Shown piece by piece: positions 1 through 9,939 of a stretch of 64,000 bases of DNA. How positions within the stretch are numbered: position 1 is the stretch's first letter; each line of letters opens with the position of its first letter. The position numbers and the translations under genes were made by a program. The notes under the pieces were generated by a model. That model was not told where the DNA came from. It searched no databases and saw only the letters and a program-made list of their open reading frames with translations. Source of the stretch: an uncultured Carnobacteriaceae bacterium (GTDB taxonomy: Bacteria > Bacillota > Bacilli > Lactobacillales > Carnobacteriaceae_A); contig CAZTEC010000002.1 in NCBI GenBank assembly GCA_964612765.1, positions 8,205 through 72,204 of the forward strand, written 5' to 3'.

Positions 1-2711
1 TGATCCGTAACATCCGTTTCTCCACTCATTATTTTAATATCACTTAATGTAACAGTCGTTGGAATATACGTATCTATAAGTTTAAAGTCATGAATAATAT
101 TTGCATTTGTATTAAAGTTTATTGTCCAATTAACCGTCTTCGATCCATCTGGATTGATAGTAACATTTCCAGATTTATTTAATCCTGGATGACGAACTCC
201 TACAGTAGCATCAGCTTTTTGCTCTCCACCTTGCCACTTTAGTATCGCTTCGTTTTTATGGACATCGTTAGCTAATTTGTCATCATCAGTTGTTGTACGA
301 TAACTCAGCGTTAATGTTTTATTTGTGTCTTCCGTTAACTGAATCGTAAAACCATTTCTGGTTTCTATTACAGGAGCTTCTTCAGTCCCAGTGTTCACTT
401 CAAATGTTTTCTCTACAAAATTATAACCATTAAACCCTTCATTATTTTCATCAACAACCTTGATTGAACCATCTACATATTCAATATTGTTTGAAATGAA
501 TATATCATCAATTGAGGTTTTCGTAGCATCTAACATAATTTTGCTTTGGTTAAATACTACTTTCCATTCAATCTGTTGTTCTATATTATTTTCTACCCGA
601 ATGTAGGCGCCCGATTTATGAATTCCTGCTTTTGGTCCTTCTTGTTTAACATCTGGGTAAATAGTATTACCAATACCTGTTCCTTCGCCATCTCGAAAAA
701 CAATTTCTGCATTATTTGCGAGTTCTGGTTGTTGCATACCCTCAACTGTATAATACGTTCGATAAACAAATTTATACGTATGTGGACCGGCATTTAAAAT
801 ATTTAACTCAAATCCAGTTCTACCATCTGTATGTGTATATTCTTCAATTTCAAAATTATTATCAGCTTCTTCGTCATCTTTTAATAATTTGAATAAGTTT
901 GAATCATTCACATCAAATTCTAAATAGACAGGATCGAAGACATCTAAAATATGAATCGATGGAACATCAACTTTTTCATAGTTCATCGTAATCGTCCAGT
1001 CAATGTAAGGACGGCCGTCTTCATCCACATCTTGCTCTCCGACTTTACCACCGGTTGGAATAGTGTTGACAGAAACAGATGCATCATCCTTATTAGGAAT
1101 TGGATCTAGATTATCGGATACCGTATTAATCACTGTATCATTCAGCCCAACAGGAGCCCATGAAGAGAAAGTAATATAATAAGCTTTGCCATCCGCATCT
1201 AAATCTAGCGGGAAACTTCCAGCTGTTGAATCACCTAATTCAGAAACGTTACCATCAACATCTGGATTCACAGAATATACTTGTACAGAATCCGCTACTA
1301 TTTCGCCATGACTTAACGTATCCGTTAAAGTTACATTTCCAAGATCTTCTTTGCCATAGTTATACTCTACTGTCCAATGAATAATATCTTCACGGCCTTC
1401 TGAAATGACGCCCTCTTTATTAATGGCAGGTAAATCTCCTGACCAAGAACCAGTAAAGTCATCTTGAACATTCTTTGTACTATCATCTAAAATAATACGC
1501 GCAGTATTATTTATCGTATGAGTTCCACCACCATCTGGTCGAATGATATTTGTTGTGTAAGTAATCTCATACGCATCAGAAATATTACCAAGGTCTAGTT
1601 CGAAGCCAGAAGTAGTAGCCTCAAACATTTCATCTGTAACTGTTACTTCTTCACGTCTCAACTCTTGATTTTGATAATTTCGAATAATTCGTTCGACTTT
1701 GATACTGCCTTCAACATACTTTAAATTTGCATGCAAATCATCAATGACTCGAGCATCTGAAAAAGTGCCCATGCTGTCATTCACACGAACAGTCCAATCA
1801 ATAAACTCCGGATTACGCGTGACGGTGACTTTTTCATTATTCTCATTCAATACATATTGAGAACCTGCTGTCTTCTTGTCCTCGCCTTTATATTCTGCTT
1901 GCTCCGGTCGTACCGTTACAAAAAATGAGGTTGCATCGCTATAAGGAACCTCAACCAAGACTGGGCCCTCCCCTTCAAAAGGTTCCGAGTTAAATTCTCC
2001 TTGAATATTCACGTGCATTTCAGCGTTGTCAAAATATTCAACTGCTGCATTAAATGTGACAACCGCTTGACCATTTTCAATAATATAAGTAGCAACTTCA
2101 ATCTCATCAATTGTTATCGATTGTGGGGCTGCTAACTCTTGTTTAAAAATTTCTGGCAAATCTATTATATAAGTATCACCAGGGTTAACCACAATTTCAT
2201 CGGGTTTAACCAACGTATAATTTAAAGCAGCAGTCTTTATATCTTGTACTTTGATATTCACTTCGTCTTCTGTGCCATCTATTATGATTTCACCAGGGTT
2301 AAGTACCATTTCAAAATCTGTAATCAGACTGTTAGTAATTTGCTTCAAGATTCCCATAGTAGGTGGATCTAACCCCGTAGGCTCCTCTGGCGTATTATCC
2401 GCTGGTTCGTCTGCACTTGTTGTTGAAAATCCTTCGTCCGCAGGTTCTCCTTCTACAACCGCCGGAGCTACAATTTCTACGTCGTTATCTCCATCTACAT
2501 GGCTATCACCCTCAGCCGGAGTTGGTACATCTCCGCTTAAACTTTCGCCATCTGCAAAATCTTTATCCGTTTCAGCTCCTCCTGCTTCTTGTGCTACTTT
2601 TTCTTGTTCTTCTTGTATGCTCGCAATGGCATGGCCCATTTGCGGCGTTAATATGGATCCAAGAAGCATAATGGATGTAATAAGTACATTTGCTATTTTT
2701 AACTTTTTCAA
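1..2711 (-). CDS. Large secreted/surface adhesin with tandem collagen-binding-like beta-sandwich repeats (3' end outside window)
   Basis: Manual translation of both ends and internal motifs gives one consistent frame. TTG start at 2711 after AAAGAAGG; signal peptide MKKLKIANVLITSIMLLGSILTPQMGHAIA; acidic/Pro-rich linker; recurring motifs IDWTVRVN, IHWTVEYN, IDWTITMN, IEWKVVFN, VNWTINFN about 125-145 aa apart. Frame still open at position 1, so absent from the ORF track. Confidence 0.85.
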   Translation of the reverse strand, partial: MKKLKIANVLITSIMLLGSILTPQMGHAIASIQEEQEKVAQEAGGAETDKDFADGESLSGDVPTPAEGDSHVDGDNDVEIVAPAVVEGEPADEGFSTTSADEPADNTPEEPTGLDPPTMGILKQITNSLITDFEMVLNPGEIIIDGTEDEVNIKVQDIKTAALNYTLVKPDEIVVNPGDTYIIDLPEIFKQELAAPQSITIDEIEVATYIIENGQAVVTFNAAVEYFDNAEMHVNIQGEFNSEPFEGEGPVLVEVPYSDATSFFVTVRPEQAEYKGEDKKTAGSQYVLNENNEKVTVTRNPEFIDWTVRVNDSMGTFSDARVIDDLHANLKYVEGSIKVERIIRNYQNQELRREEVTVTDEMFEATTSGFELDLGNISDAYEITYTTNIIRPDGGGTHTINNTARIILDDSTKNVQDDFTGSWSGDLPAINKEGVISEGREDIIHWTVEYNYGKEDLGNVTLTDTLSHGEIVADSVQVYSVNPDVDGNVSELGDSTAGSFPLDLDADGKAYYITFSSWAPVGLNDTVINTVSDNLDPIPNKDDASVSVNTIPTGGKVGEQDVDEDGRPYIDWTITMNYEKVDVPSIHILDVFDPVYLEFDVNDSNLFKLLKDDEEADNNFEIEEYTHTDGRTGFELNILNAGPHTYKFVYRTYYTVEGMQQPELANNAEIVFRDGEGTGIGNTIYPDVKQEGPKAGIHKSGAYIRVENNIEQQIEWKVVFNQSKIMLDATKTSIDDIFISNNIEYVDGSIKVVDENNEGFNGYNFVEKTFEVNTGTEEAPVIETRNGFTIQLTEDTNKTLTLSYRTTTDDDKLANDVHKNEAILKWQGGEQKADATVGVRHPGLNKSGNVTINPDGSKTVNWTINFNTNANIIHDFKLIDTYIPTTVTLSDIKIMSGETDVTD

Positions 2712-2787
2712 TTCCTAACCTTCTTTCTTCACTTTTATGTTCAATTTATTTTCAATTCATTTGAGTTAGTGGTTGAGTGGCATCTGT

Positions 2788-2982
2788 CTAGTAATCGAGT
2801 TCTTTTGTTAAAATTTCGTCCGCAATTTCTCGAATCGTTGTCCGCTCATGAAAAGCTCTTGAACGTAATAATTCATAGACATCCGAACTTACTCTTATAG
2901 CCGTTGTTTTTTGGTGACTTAATGAGTCGTCTACTTTCCTAGCTGTACGAGTTCTGTAGTACCCTTTTACCTCATTCATCAT
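2788..2982 (-). CDS. Small ribbon-helix-helix (CopG/omega-like) DNA-binding protein
   Basis: Strong RBS AAGGAGG; TTAIRV beta-strand followed by two helices (SDVYELLRSRAF / TIREIADEILTKEL). Confidence 0.65.
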   Translation of the reverse strand: MMNEVKGYYRTRTARKVDDSLSHQKTTAIRVSSDVYELLRSRAFHERTTIREIADEILTKELDY

Positions 2983-3407
2983 TTTCCTCCTTCTTTAATC
3001 CAAAAGAACGGTTCCTTCCGTATTTATCGATGTAACTTTGTAACTTGTAACACAATGTTAGATTTACAAGCCATTTCACAAACAAGCCAGATAAATATTT
3101 TTTAAACGATTTTGGATTAACTATCCCTTTACAAAATAAACTCGCTTCCTATCAGCCTTTTAACTAATTATTCCCACGATCACAAATCATTATATGTATA
3201 AATTTTTGTTCATGCCCTTCTAACTTTTCACTAATGAGGGAAAAATATGAAATGGATTCCACAAAATGCTGTTGTTGCGCTATTTTTAAAAATTTTATTG
3301 GAAAACCTTCATTTGCCTTAGGATGTGCAAATAATTAAATTCATGCTAAAATAGACGAGAGATTAGAGAAATCTAAGAAATTTTAGATTTAGAGGGGATT
3401 TGTAAAA

Positions 3408-4976
3408 ATGTGGGAGTTAATTTCGTTAAAAGAACAAAGTAAATTTAAGATGATTGAAGCCTTTTATATCACAAATGAACCTATTACAATTGAAATACTT
3501 AGCGAAGAAACGAATACGTCCGTCCGTTCTATTAAAAACTATCTCAATGAAATGAAAGAGCCTATGGAAGAGATTGGCGCGAAGTTTATTTCTTCATCAG
3601 AAGGGGTGAACTTTGAGATTCCTTTACACATTGGGATTGACTACTTTCAAAAGAAATTATATAGAGAATCTACGGGTTTTAAATTACTGGAGAAAATCTT
3701 ATTCGATGAAACATTGTCAGGTAAAGATCTAGCCGAAGAACTTTTTATCAGTCCATCAACTTTGACGCGTCTTACAAAAACGGTTCAAGAGCGAATTAAC
3801 TCCTATGGCCTCCAGTTAGAAACAAACCCTTATCGAATGGTCGGAGACGAAAGATTGGTTCGACATTTTTATAGAAAGTATTTTATGGAAGCTTACTATG
3901 TTTATGAGTGGCCTTTTTTGAATATCGATGAAGCATTAGTCGATTCCCTTTTACCAGGAATGAATGAATTTTATAAGGCGACTTCATCCGTGATGAATTA
4001 TCATTCATTTCGTGCGCGCTTTGCGGTGAACCTAACACGGAGCCTAAATGGCCATTCGGAAGAAGATATTATGAGGAGTGAGCCTTACTTACTGGATTGT
4101 TACAATAAAATTCTTCCTGGAATTCGTCAAGAGGTAATGAACAATGATACAGTTCGTCCAGATGAAATCGATCGAGTTGCTGAAAGTTTAGCTTTCATAC
4201 AAGTCTATATCTCAGAAGATTGTTTTGAATATCGTTTGACTAATGACAACAATTTTCGTAACCAACATGAAGAAATTGAAGAGATGATTCATTTTTTAGG
4301 GAAGTTTTTTGAACTTCCTACGGAGAATTCAATAAATTTAGTGCGAGAAATTGGTTTTGCTTTACTTTTGTTAAAGCATTATCCTACTGGGGAACAACCT
4401 TTGACCTATCTCCTCTACCCTCCAAGAAATTTTTACATTGTCTCGCTTTATAAGCGAAAATATACGAGTTTTTATGATACAGCTAAAAATTATTTCCATA
4501 TGATTGCAAAAAATCGAGGAATATCACTCACAAACTATGGGGAAGAATTTGTCTTATACACCTTATTTTCTAATTGGCAAGATTTAACCAAACATTTATT
4601 TGGACAATTCAATACGACAAAAGTTTTAGTCTACAATCACTTGGGGGCAATTTCTTCACAGAATTTGGCGGATATGGTCAAGAATGATTTACCTGCTCCA
4701 GTTGAGGTAAAGCCCATCTATTTTAGCCATTTGACGAAAGAAGTTTTAGCGGAATATGATTTTGATGTATTGGTTTCTTCAATTACACTCTTTTTAGATA
4801 TTGAACAACCCATCGTCTATGCATATAAAAGTCGGTTCAGTTACCAGTTCGAGCAACTCCATCAAATTATTCGAAATATTGCAACAGAGAAGGAACAAAT
4901 GCATCGAGAACGGTTAAACAAAAATATGAATTCACCCGAACTCCAACAATTTTTAAACGGTGATTTTTCGTATTAA
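3408..4976 (+). CDS. Mga/AtxA-like HTH-PRD transcriptional regulator
   Basis: Two N-terminal HTH segments (LSEETNTSVRSIKNYL; LAEELFISPSTLTR), GDERLVRHFY motif, C-terminal EIIB-like YDFDVLVS; divergent from the adhesin. Confidence 0.85.
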   Translation: MWELISLKEQSKFKMIEAFYITNEPITIEILSEETNTSVRSIKNYLNEMKEPMEEIGAKFISSSEGVNFEIPLHIGIDYFQKKLYRESTGFKLLEKILFDETLSGKDLAEELFISPSTLTRLTKTVQERINSYGLQLETNPYRMVGDERLVRHFYRKYFMEAYYVYEWPFLNIDEALVDSLLPGMNEFYKATSSVMNYHSFRARFAVNLTRSLNGHSEEDIMRSEPYLLDCYNKILPGIRQEVMNNDTVRPDEIDRVAESLAFIQVYISEDCFEYRLTNDNNFRNQHEEIEEMIHFLGKFFELPTENSINLVREIGFALLLLKHYPTGEQPLTYLLYPPRNFYIVSLYKRKYTSFYDTAKNYFHMIAKNRGISLTNYGEEFVLYTLFSNWQDLTKHLFGQFNTTKVLVYNHLGAISSQNLADMVKNDLPAPVEVKPIYFSHLTKEVLAEYDFDVLVSSITLFLDIEQPIVYAYKSRFSYQFEQLHQIIRNIATEKEQMHRERLNKNMNSPELQQFLNGDFSY

Positions 4977-4980
4977 ACAT

Positions 4981-5036
4981 AAAAACATCCGCTTCCCTCA
5001 AACTTTCACTTGAGGAAAACGGATGTTTATTTTATT
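4981..5036. terminator. Bidirectional intrinsic terminator
   Basis: Inverted repeat AAACATCCG...CGGATGTTT with A/T tails between convergent genes. Confidence 0.75.
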
Positions 5037-5039
5037 AAA

Positions 5040-5639
5040 TTAAGCGCCGATTACACGTACACGTACGTCATCTGCGATATATTCTTTTTCTGAAGCGGGT
5101 GCTTCAATTGAGCCAAACGGCATTTGTGCAACCATTTCCCAGTTTTCTGGTAAGTCGAACATTTCTTTTGTAGATTTGTCAAATCCTTGTTCAAAGCCAA
5201 TGTTCATATGTTGTAAGCTTGCGCCTAAACCTAATTCAGTCAAACTTAACCAAATTGCATATTGGTTATTTGCGTTATTGTTTTGTTTGTAAGCTTCAGC
5301 ACGCGCACCTTTTGCAGGCATTTCTTCAACTGCATCTAAATCTTCAAAGAACAATACTGTTCCAACTGCACCTTTAGCACCTTCCATAACACCTGACATC
5401 ATATTCCACATCGTTTCTGGCATAACATCTTTTTGAACATCCAAAATGTGGTCCCAGAATTTTACATTATCTTCACCAAAAATAACAACTAAACGTGTAG
5501 ATTGACTGTTACTTGCTGTAGGAATTTCGCGCGCAATTTCAGTAATACGATCCGCGATTTCTTGGTTTGATAATTCTGTGTTCGTTCCAAGTGCATAGCT
5601 TGTACGACGTTGTTTAACTAAATTTGTAAATTGTGACAT
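5040..5639 (-). CDS. Nitroreductase family protein (Frm2/HBN1-like)
   Basis: RRTSYAL, PTASNSQ, GLGASLQH, AQMPFGSI motifs; start moved to ATG 5639 after AGGAG. Confidence 0.85.
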   Translation of the reverse strand: MSQFTNLVKQRRTSYALGTNTELSNQEIADRITEIAREIPTASNSQSTRLVVIFGEDNVKFWDHILDVQKDVMPETMWNMMSGVMEGAKGAVGTVLFFEDLDAVEEMPAKGARAEAYKQNNNANNQYAIWLSLTELGLGASLQHMNIGFEQGFDKSTKEMFDLPENWEMVAQMPFGSIEAPASEKEYIADDVRVRVIGA

Positions 5640-5861
5640 GTTCCATTCTCCTCTAGAATATATATTGCCCATAAGGCACAAAATCTATTTTATCAGAGCG
5701 ATATCTCTAATTCAACATAAACGTTCCGGTTTCGAAATAATATTCAAAAGCTCATGAAATTACAGAGATTTAACAGAAATTCTAATTATTCTCAGAAGAT
5801 TTACGATATACTAATGATAATAACTATTTATTGAACAGTATTTTAAAGAGGTGATTCAGCA

Positions 5862-6659
5862 ATGAATACAAAGATTTGGGCCCATCGAGGGTCTAGTCAC
5901 AAATATATCGAAAATACATTGGCCGCTTTTGAACAAGCTATCGAAGATCAAGCAGACGGCATCGAGTTGGATGTCCAACGAACAAAAGATGGTAAACTGA
6001 TTGTCTATCACGATGAAAACTTAAAACGGCTCACTGGCCATGATGCCAATGTCTGGGAGATGACTTGGGAAGAAATCAAAACCCTTTCTCTTTCTTCGAA
6101 AAACAAAACCTTGAATTCTAGTGAAGCAAGCAATACACGAATTCCATGTTTGGATGAAGTCTTGTTGCTCATGGCTGACGCAGGCTTAGTGATTAATATT
6201 GAATTGAAAAACAGTATTTATTTTTACCCAGGTATGGAAGAAGAAGTCGTCGAATGTGTGAAAAATAATGGGGTTGAGGATCACGTTATATTTAGTTCCT
6301 TTAACCATGAGTCAGTTCGCAAATTATCCCAATTAGTTGGTGCGGACAAAGTCGGTTTGCTAACATCAGATATTCAATTTGAACCGTGGAATTATTTAAC
6401 ACACCTTGGTGCAAAAGCTTTTCATCCGATGTTAAATAGTCTCCAACAAAAAGAGTTAATGGCGAATATGCGTGCAAATGAAATAGATGTTCATGTTTGG
6501 ACTGTGGATGAAGAGGTTCATATTTATGCTGCATTATTATTAGGCGTGGATGCAATCATTACGAATAAACCCGATCGAGCGATTGCGTTAAGGAAGAAAT
6601 TTATCGAAGATGGTGGCGCAGAAGCGCAAGAGATGGTCGCTTCTTTAGGACTTTTATAA
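5862..6659 (+). CDS. Glycerophosphodiester phosphodiesterase
   Basis: AHRG...ENT, IELDVQRTKDG...HD, NIELK, WTVD, IITNKPD motifs. Confidence 0.92.
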   Translation: MNTKIWAHRGSSHKYIENTLAAFEQAIEDQADGIELDVQRTKDGKLIVYHDENLKRLTGHDANVWEMTWEEIKTLSLSSKNKTLNSSEASNTRIPCLDEVLLLMADAGLVINIELKNSIYFYPGMEEEVVECVKNNGVEDHVIFSSFNHESVRKLSQLVGADKVGLLTSDIQFEPWNYLTHLGAKAFHPMLNSLQQKELMANMRANEIDVHVWTVDEEVHIYAALLLGVDAIITNKPDRAIALRKKFIEDGGAEAQEMVASLGLL

Positions 6660-6675
6660 TAGAAAGAGGCTTAAC

Positions 6676-8019
6676 ATGAGTGAAAATACATTGAATCAAA
6701 AATTAAAGTTGAACTATCCTCAAATTTTTCTGATTGGTTTTGGTTTCTTGGCTTCTAGTCTGGCATGGTCCGTTTATAATTCACAAGTTCCCTTAATTTT
6801 AGAGCAACGTTTTTTATTAAGTAATACGTTGATTGGGACAATTATGACGATTGATAACTTTTTTGGCGTGATTTTTCAGCCGCTAATTGGCGCGTGGAGT
6901 GATAATACGCGGACGAGAATCGGTCGACGGATGCCATGGATTGCTTTAGGTTTACCGATTTGTGCGATTTTATTTGCGATTATCCCACTGCAACATGTGT
7001 TGTGGTTATTCATGGGAACGATTATTGCATTTAACTTGATTATGGCATTGTGGCGGAGTCCTGTAATTTCTTTGATGCCTGATGTGACACCTTCTCCTTT
7101 GCGAAGTGAAGCGAATGGAATTATTAACTTAATGGGTGGCTTAGGTTCAATCATTGCTTTCTTAGTGGGTGGAATTTTATCGGATTTACGTGATGATAAA
7201 TTTTATGCTTTCTTGATGGTAACTGTGGTTATGTTACTTGCTTTATTGGTCTTAATTTTATTCGTTCGCGAGCCGGATGCGCTTCGTTACAAAGAAGAAA
7301 ACAATATACCGATTAAAGATAATCTAGCGAATCGCTGGGGACAAAATACACGTGAACAGTTCCGCATTTATAATGAAAGTCGTGTGGCAGAAGAAGTAGC
7401 TGAAGATGCGCCGGCTAACCAAAGAAGTTTGACGGCTTTTAAAGCGTTGGATTCTGCACACAAGCGTAGTTTGATTCATATTTTAGTGGCCATTTTTGCT
7501 TGGTTCATGGGGTACAATGCGATTGAAACTTTTTTTACCTTGTATGCGACAAATACGTATGGCATCACAGGCGGACAAGCTTCGATCATGCTAACTGGAT
7601 TTTCGTTAGCCTTCTTAGTTTTCGCGATTCCTGCTGGGAAACTAGCCTCTAAAATTGGGCGTAAACGTACCATTTTAACTGGACTAATTGGCATTGTGTT
7701 GGTATTCTTACCTATTTTAGTGGAGCCCAATCAATTGATGGTCCAAATTTTATTAATTATTGGTGGGGCATTCTGGGCATGTATCAATATTAACTCATTG
7801 CCAATGGTTTTAGAATTTGCTTCGGATCATACGATTGGCGCATTTACAGGATATTATTACTTATTCTCTTTCACTGCCGCTATTGCTAGTCCTATTTTCT
7901 TTGGCTTTATCCAAGATACCTTACAAAGTAATGATTTATTATTTGTATATGCTGTGATTTGTTTCGCGATTGCCTTAGTCAGTATGCTTTTCGTCAAACA
8001 CGGTGAAAATGGTGAGTAG
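6676..8019 (+). CDS. MFS sugar/glycoside transporter (MalA/GPH-like)
   Basis: About 12 hydrophobic segments, QPLIGAWSDNTRTRIGRRMPW motif; 16 bp after the GDPD gene. Confidence 0.85.
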   Translation: MSENTLNQKLKLNYPQIFLIGFGFLASSLAWSVYNSQVPLILEQRFLLSNTLIGTIMTIDNFFGVIFQPLIGAWSDNTRTRIGRRMPWIALGLPICAILFAIIPLQHVLWLFMGTIIAFNLIMALWRSPVISLMPDVTPSPLRSEANGIINLMGGLGSIIAFLVGGILSDLRDDKFYAFLMVTVVMLLALLVLILFVREPDALRYKEENNIPIKDNLANRWGQNTREQFRIYNESRVAEEVAEDAPANQRSLTAFKALDSAHKRSLIHILVAIFAWFMGYNAIETFFTLYATNTYGITGGQASIMLTGFSLAFLVFAIPAGKLASKIGRKRTILTGLIGIVLVFLPILVEPNQLMVQILLIIGGAFWACININSLPMVLEFASDHTIGAFTGYYYLFSFTAAIASPIFFGFIQDTLQSNDLLFVYAVICFAIALVSMLFVKHGENGE

Positions 8020-8057
8020 ACTTTATTTGATGAAGTGATTTGTTATTGAAGATATGA

Positions 8058-8106
8058 AAAAAGCCGTTTCTATTGAGTGATATGAGCTCAACTGAAACGG
8101 CTGTTT
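8058..8106. terminator. Bidirectional terminator
   Basis: AGCCGTTTC...GAAACGGCT inverted repeat between convergent MFS and pckA. Confidence 0.7.
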
Positions 8107-8125
8107 CATTATTTAATTGATTACA

Positions 8126-9775
8126 TTATGCATTTACAATTTCATCGACAATATCTTGGATACTTTGTGCAATTTCACCTGGTAAATCATTTGGTGCTTC
8201 TTGTTCTGCTAAAGTTGTTTTCAGATGTTCGATACGAGAACCCATATTTTTCACTAGTCGCTCTAAATATTCTTCATCTTCAAACGGTACTTCGTATCCT
8301 TCGACCGGTAAATATTCTAACGTACTGACTGGTCCAAATGGCACGAAACCATCTTTTTTCTCCACATTATTTTCAATACTACCCAGTGTGACATGTGGCG
8401 GAATATCCTTTCCGTTAAAGGCACCCGTATTAATAATGTAGCAATCGACACCTTTTTCTTCAAACAGTTTCTTAAAGGCATTGTAGTCATCCACCAACGG
8501 ATACACTCGGAATGGATTGGCATAAGGTTCAACTACAACGGCACCAACGTTTTCAACGTTTTCTGCACTTGTTCGTTTCGTAACCAGCGTACAACCCATC
8601 GCCGAAGCAGTTGTCGAATCGGTGACTCTTACAATTGGCGGTAACGTTTCATCTTTCATAATCCAATAAATCGCATTTATAGGTTCTTCGATCATGTCTA
8701 CTCGGTTTGGCGTGCTATATCGAGATTTAATCGTACGACCGTTCACATTTCGAATATCTTCTGTGACTAATACACGTTCATTCTTCTCGTTTAAAGTTAC
8801 CCCGACATTTTGAACCGTAACGAAATAATCTTGTTCCGGGTGATCAGTCGGATAATCACTTGTTTTATCGAAATAAGAAGGTTCTAACGCAATCGACGCG
8901 CCTGTTTCTTGATTAATAATAAAGGCATCGTCATGTAATACTGTCACATCATATTTTCCATCATGTTTCGCGTGGGTTAACGTTGATTTCCCAGATCCGG
9001 ATAGACCAAAGAAAGCTGTCACATGTGCATCGCCACCTTCATTAGAGAATTTTTTCAATCCTCCGTGACAAGACACAAAACCTTGACGTGCTGCAGTCCC
9101 CCATGCCTGCGTCAACGTCCCTTTCTTCAATTCACCGAAATATTGAAGACCTAGAATTACAGCAACATTTCGCTCTGTATCAATATAAGATAACCCATCT
9201 GGATAATCCGGATGTGACCATGATGGATCAGAGAAAATGTAAATATCATTCTCTTCATACGTTGTCGAATTTTCATAACGCTCCGAATATTCATCATTTA
9301 GAATTTGGAAATTCAATAGCCATGAATACAAATTATTCGCTTGTGTTTTTGGCGTCAACAAATGGGCACGAACCATGAACTCTTCATCCAACCCAACAAT
9401 CGCATCCGCTTCTAAAAAAAAATAATGACTTGATGCATAAATCGCATCCATCACGATTTTTTCTAGGCGAGCATCCTCCTCTGGATCTTTTCCATAAATG
9501 ACGCGCGCTCTAGCGGTACGCCCAACAATACGATTCCCATTCTCCACCAATATCTTGGCATTCTTTGGCAAGCCTAACTTCTTCGCCTTCTTCACTTTTT
9601 TGTTCAGCTGAATAGTTGATGGACTTTCGACAGCATACGTATAGGCTTCTTCCATCGAATTTACTTTGATAACATTGTTCTTATAAAATGCGGTCTCCAC
9701 TAACGACTTCAACGTTGATATCTGCTTGTTGTCTCTACGAATCGTCTCTTCCTCAAATTGTCTTCTTGTGCCCAT
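8126..9775 (-). CDS. pckA: Phosphoenolpyruvate carboxykinase (ATP)
   Basis: YFGELKKG, CHGG, FFGLSGSGKST (P-loop), HDD motifs; ATG 9775 after GAAAGGA. Confidence 0.85.
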   Translation of the reverse strand: MGTRRQFEEETIRRDNKQISTLKSLVETAFYKNNVIKVNSMEEAYTYAVESPSTIQLNKKVKKAKKLGLPKNAKILVENGNRIVGRTARARVIYGKDPEEDARLEKIVMDAIYASSHYFFLEADAIVGLDEEFMVRAHLLTPKTQANNLYSWLLNFQILNDEYSERYENSTTYEENDIYIFSDPSWSHPDYPDGLSYIDTERNVAVILGLQYFGELKKGTLTQAWGTAARQGFVSCHGGLKKFSNEGGDAHVTAFFGLSGSGKSTLTHAKHDGKYDVTVLHDDAFIINQETGASIALEPSYFDKTSDYPTDHPEQDYFVTVQNVGVTLNEKNERVLVTEDIRNVNGRTIKSRYSTPNRVDMIEEPINAIYWIMKDETLPPIVRVTDSTTASAMGCTLVTKRTSAENVENVGAVVVEPYANPFRVYPLVDDYNAFKKLFEEKGVDCYIINTGAFNGKDIPPHVTLGSIENNVEKKDGFVPFGPVSTLEYLPVEGYEVPFEDEEYLERLVKNMGSRIEHLKTTLAEQEAPNDLPGEIAQSIQDIVDEIVNA

Positions 9776-9863
9776 GGACAGATTCCTTTCTTTTTTCAAT
9801 CTCAATCAAAATCATCGTTATGTAACAGACAACTATTTCTACAACCCCCTCTTCTCCGATAAT

Positions 9864-9877
9864 ATAAACCGCTTACA
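9864..9877 (-). promoter_or_regulatory. CcpA cre site just downstream of extended -10 (TGCTATAAT) of pckA
   Basis: TGTAAGCGGTTTAT resembles the cre consensus; a gluconeogenic gene is an expected target. Confidence 0.6.
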
Positions 9878-9939
9878 TTTTTACTTATTATAGCACAGCT
9901 AACAATAAAGAGGTAACTCCAATTGAAATTCCTCTTTTT

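Noticed and set aside
2251-2718. Ser-rich 155-aa + strand ORF (and other short ORFs in 546-2671)
   Set aside because: Antisense or off-frame shadows of the adhesin gene.
3031-3061. WalR box in the TGTAAC repeats
   Set aside because: WalR needs TGTWAH-N5-TGTWAH (11-bp period); periods here are 8, 7 and 10.
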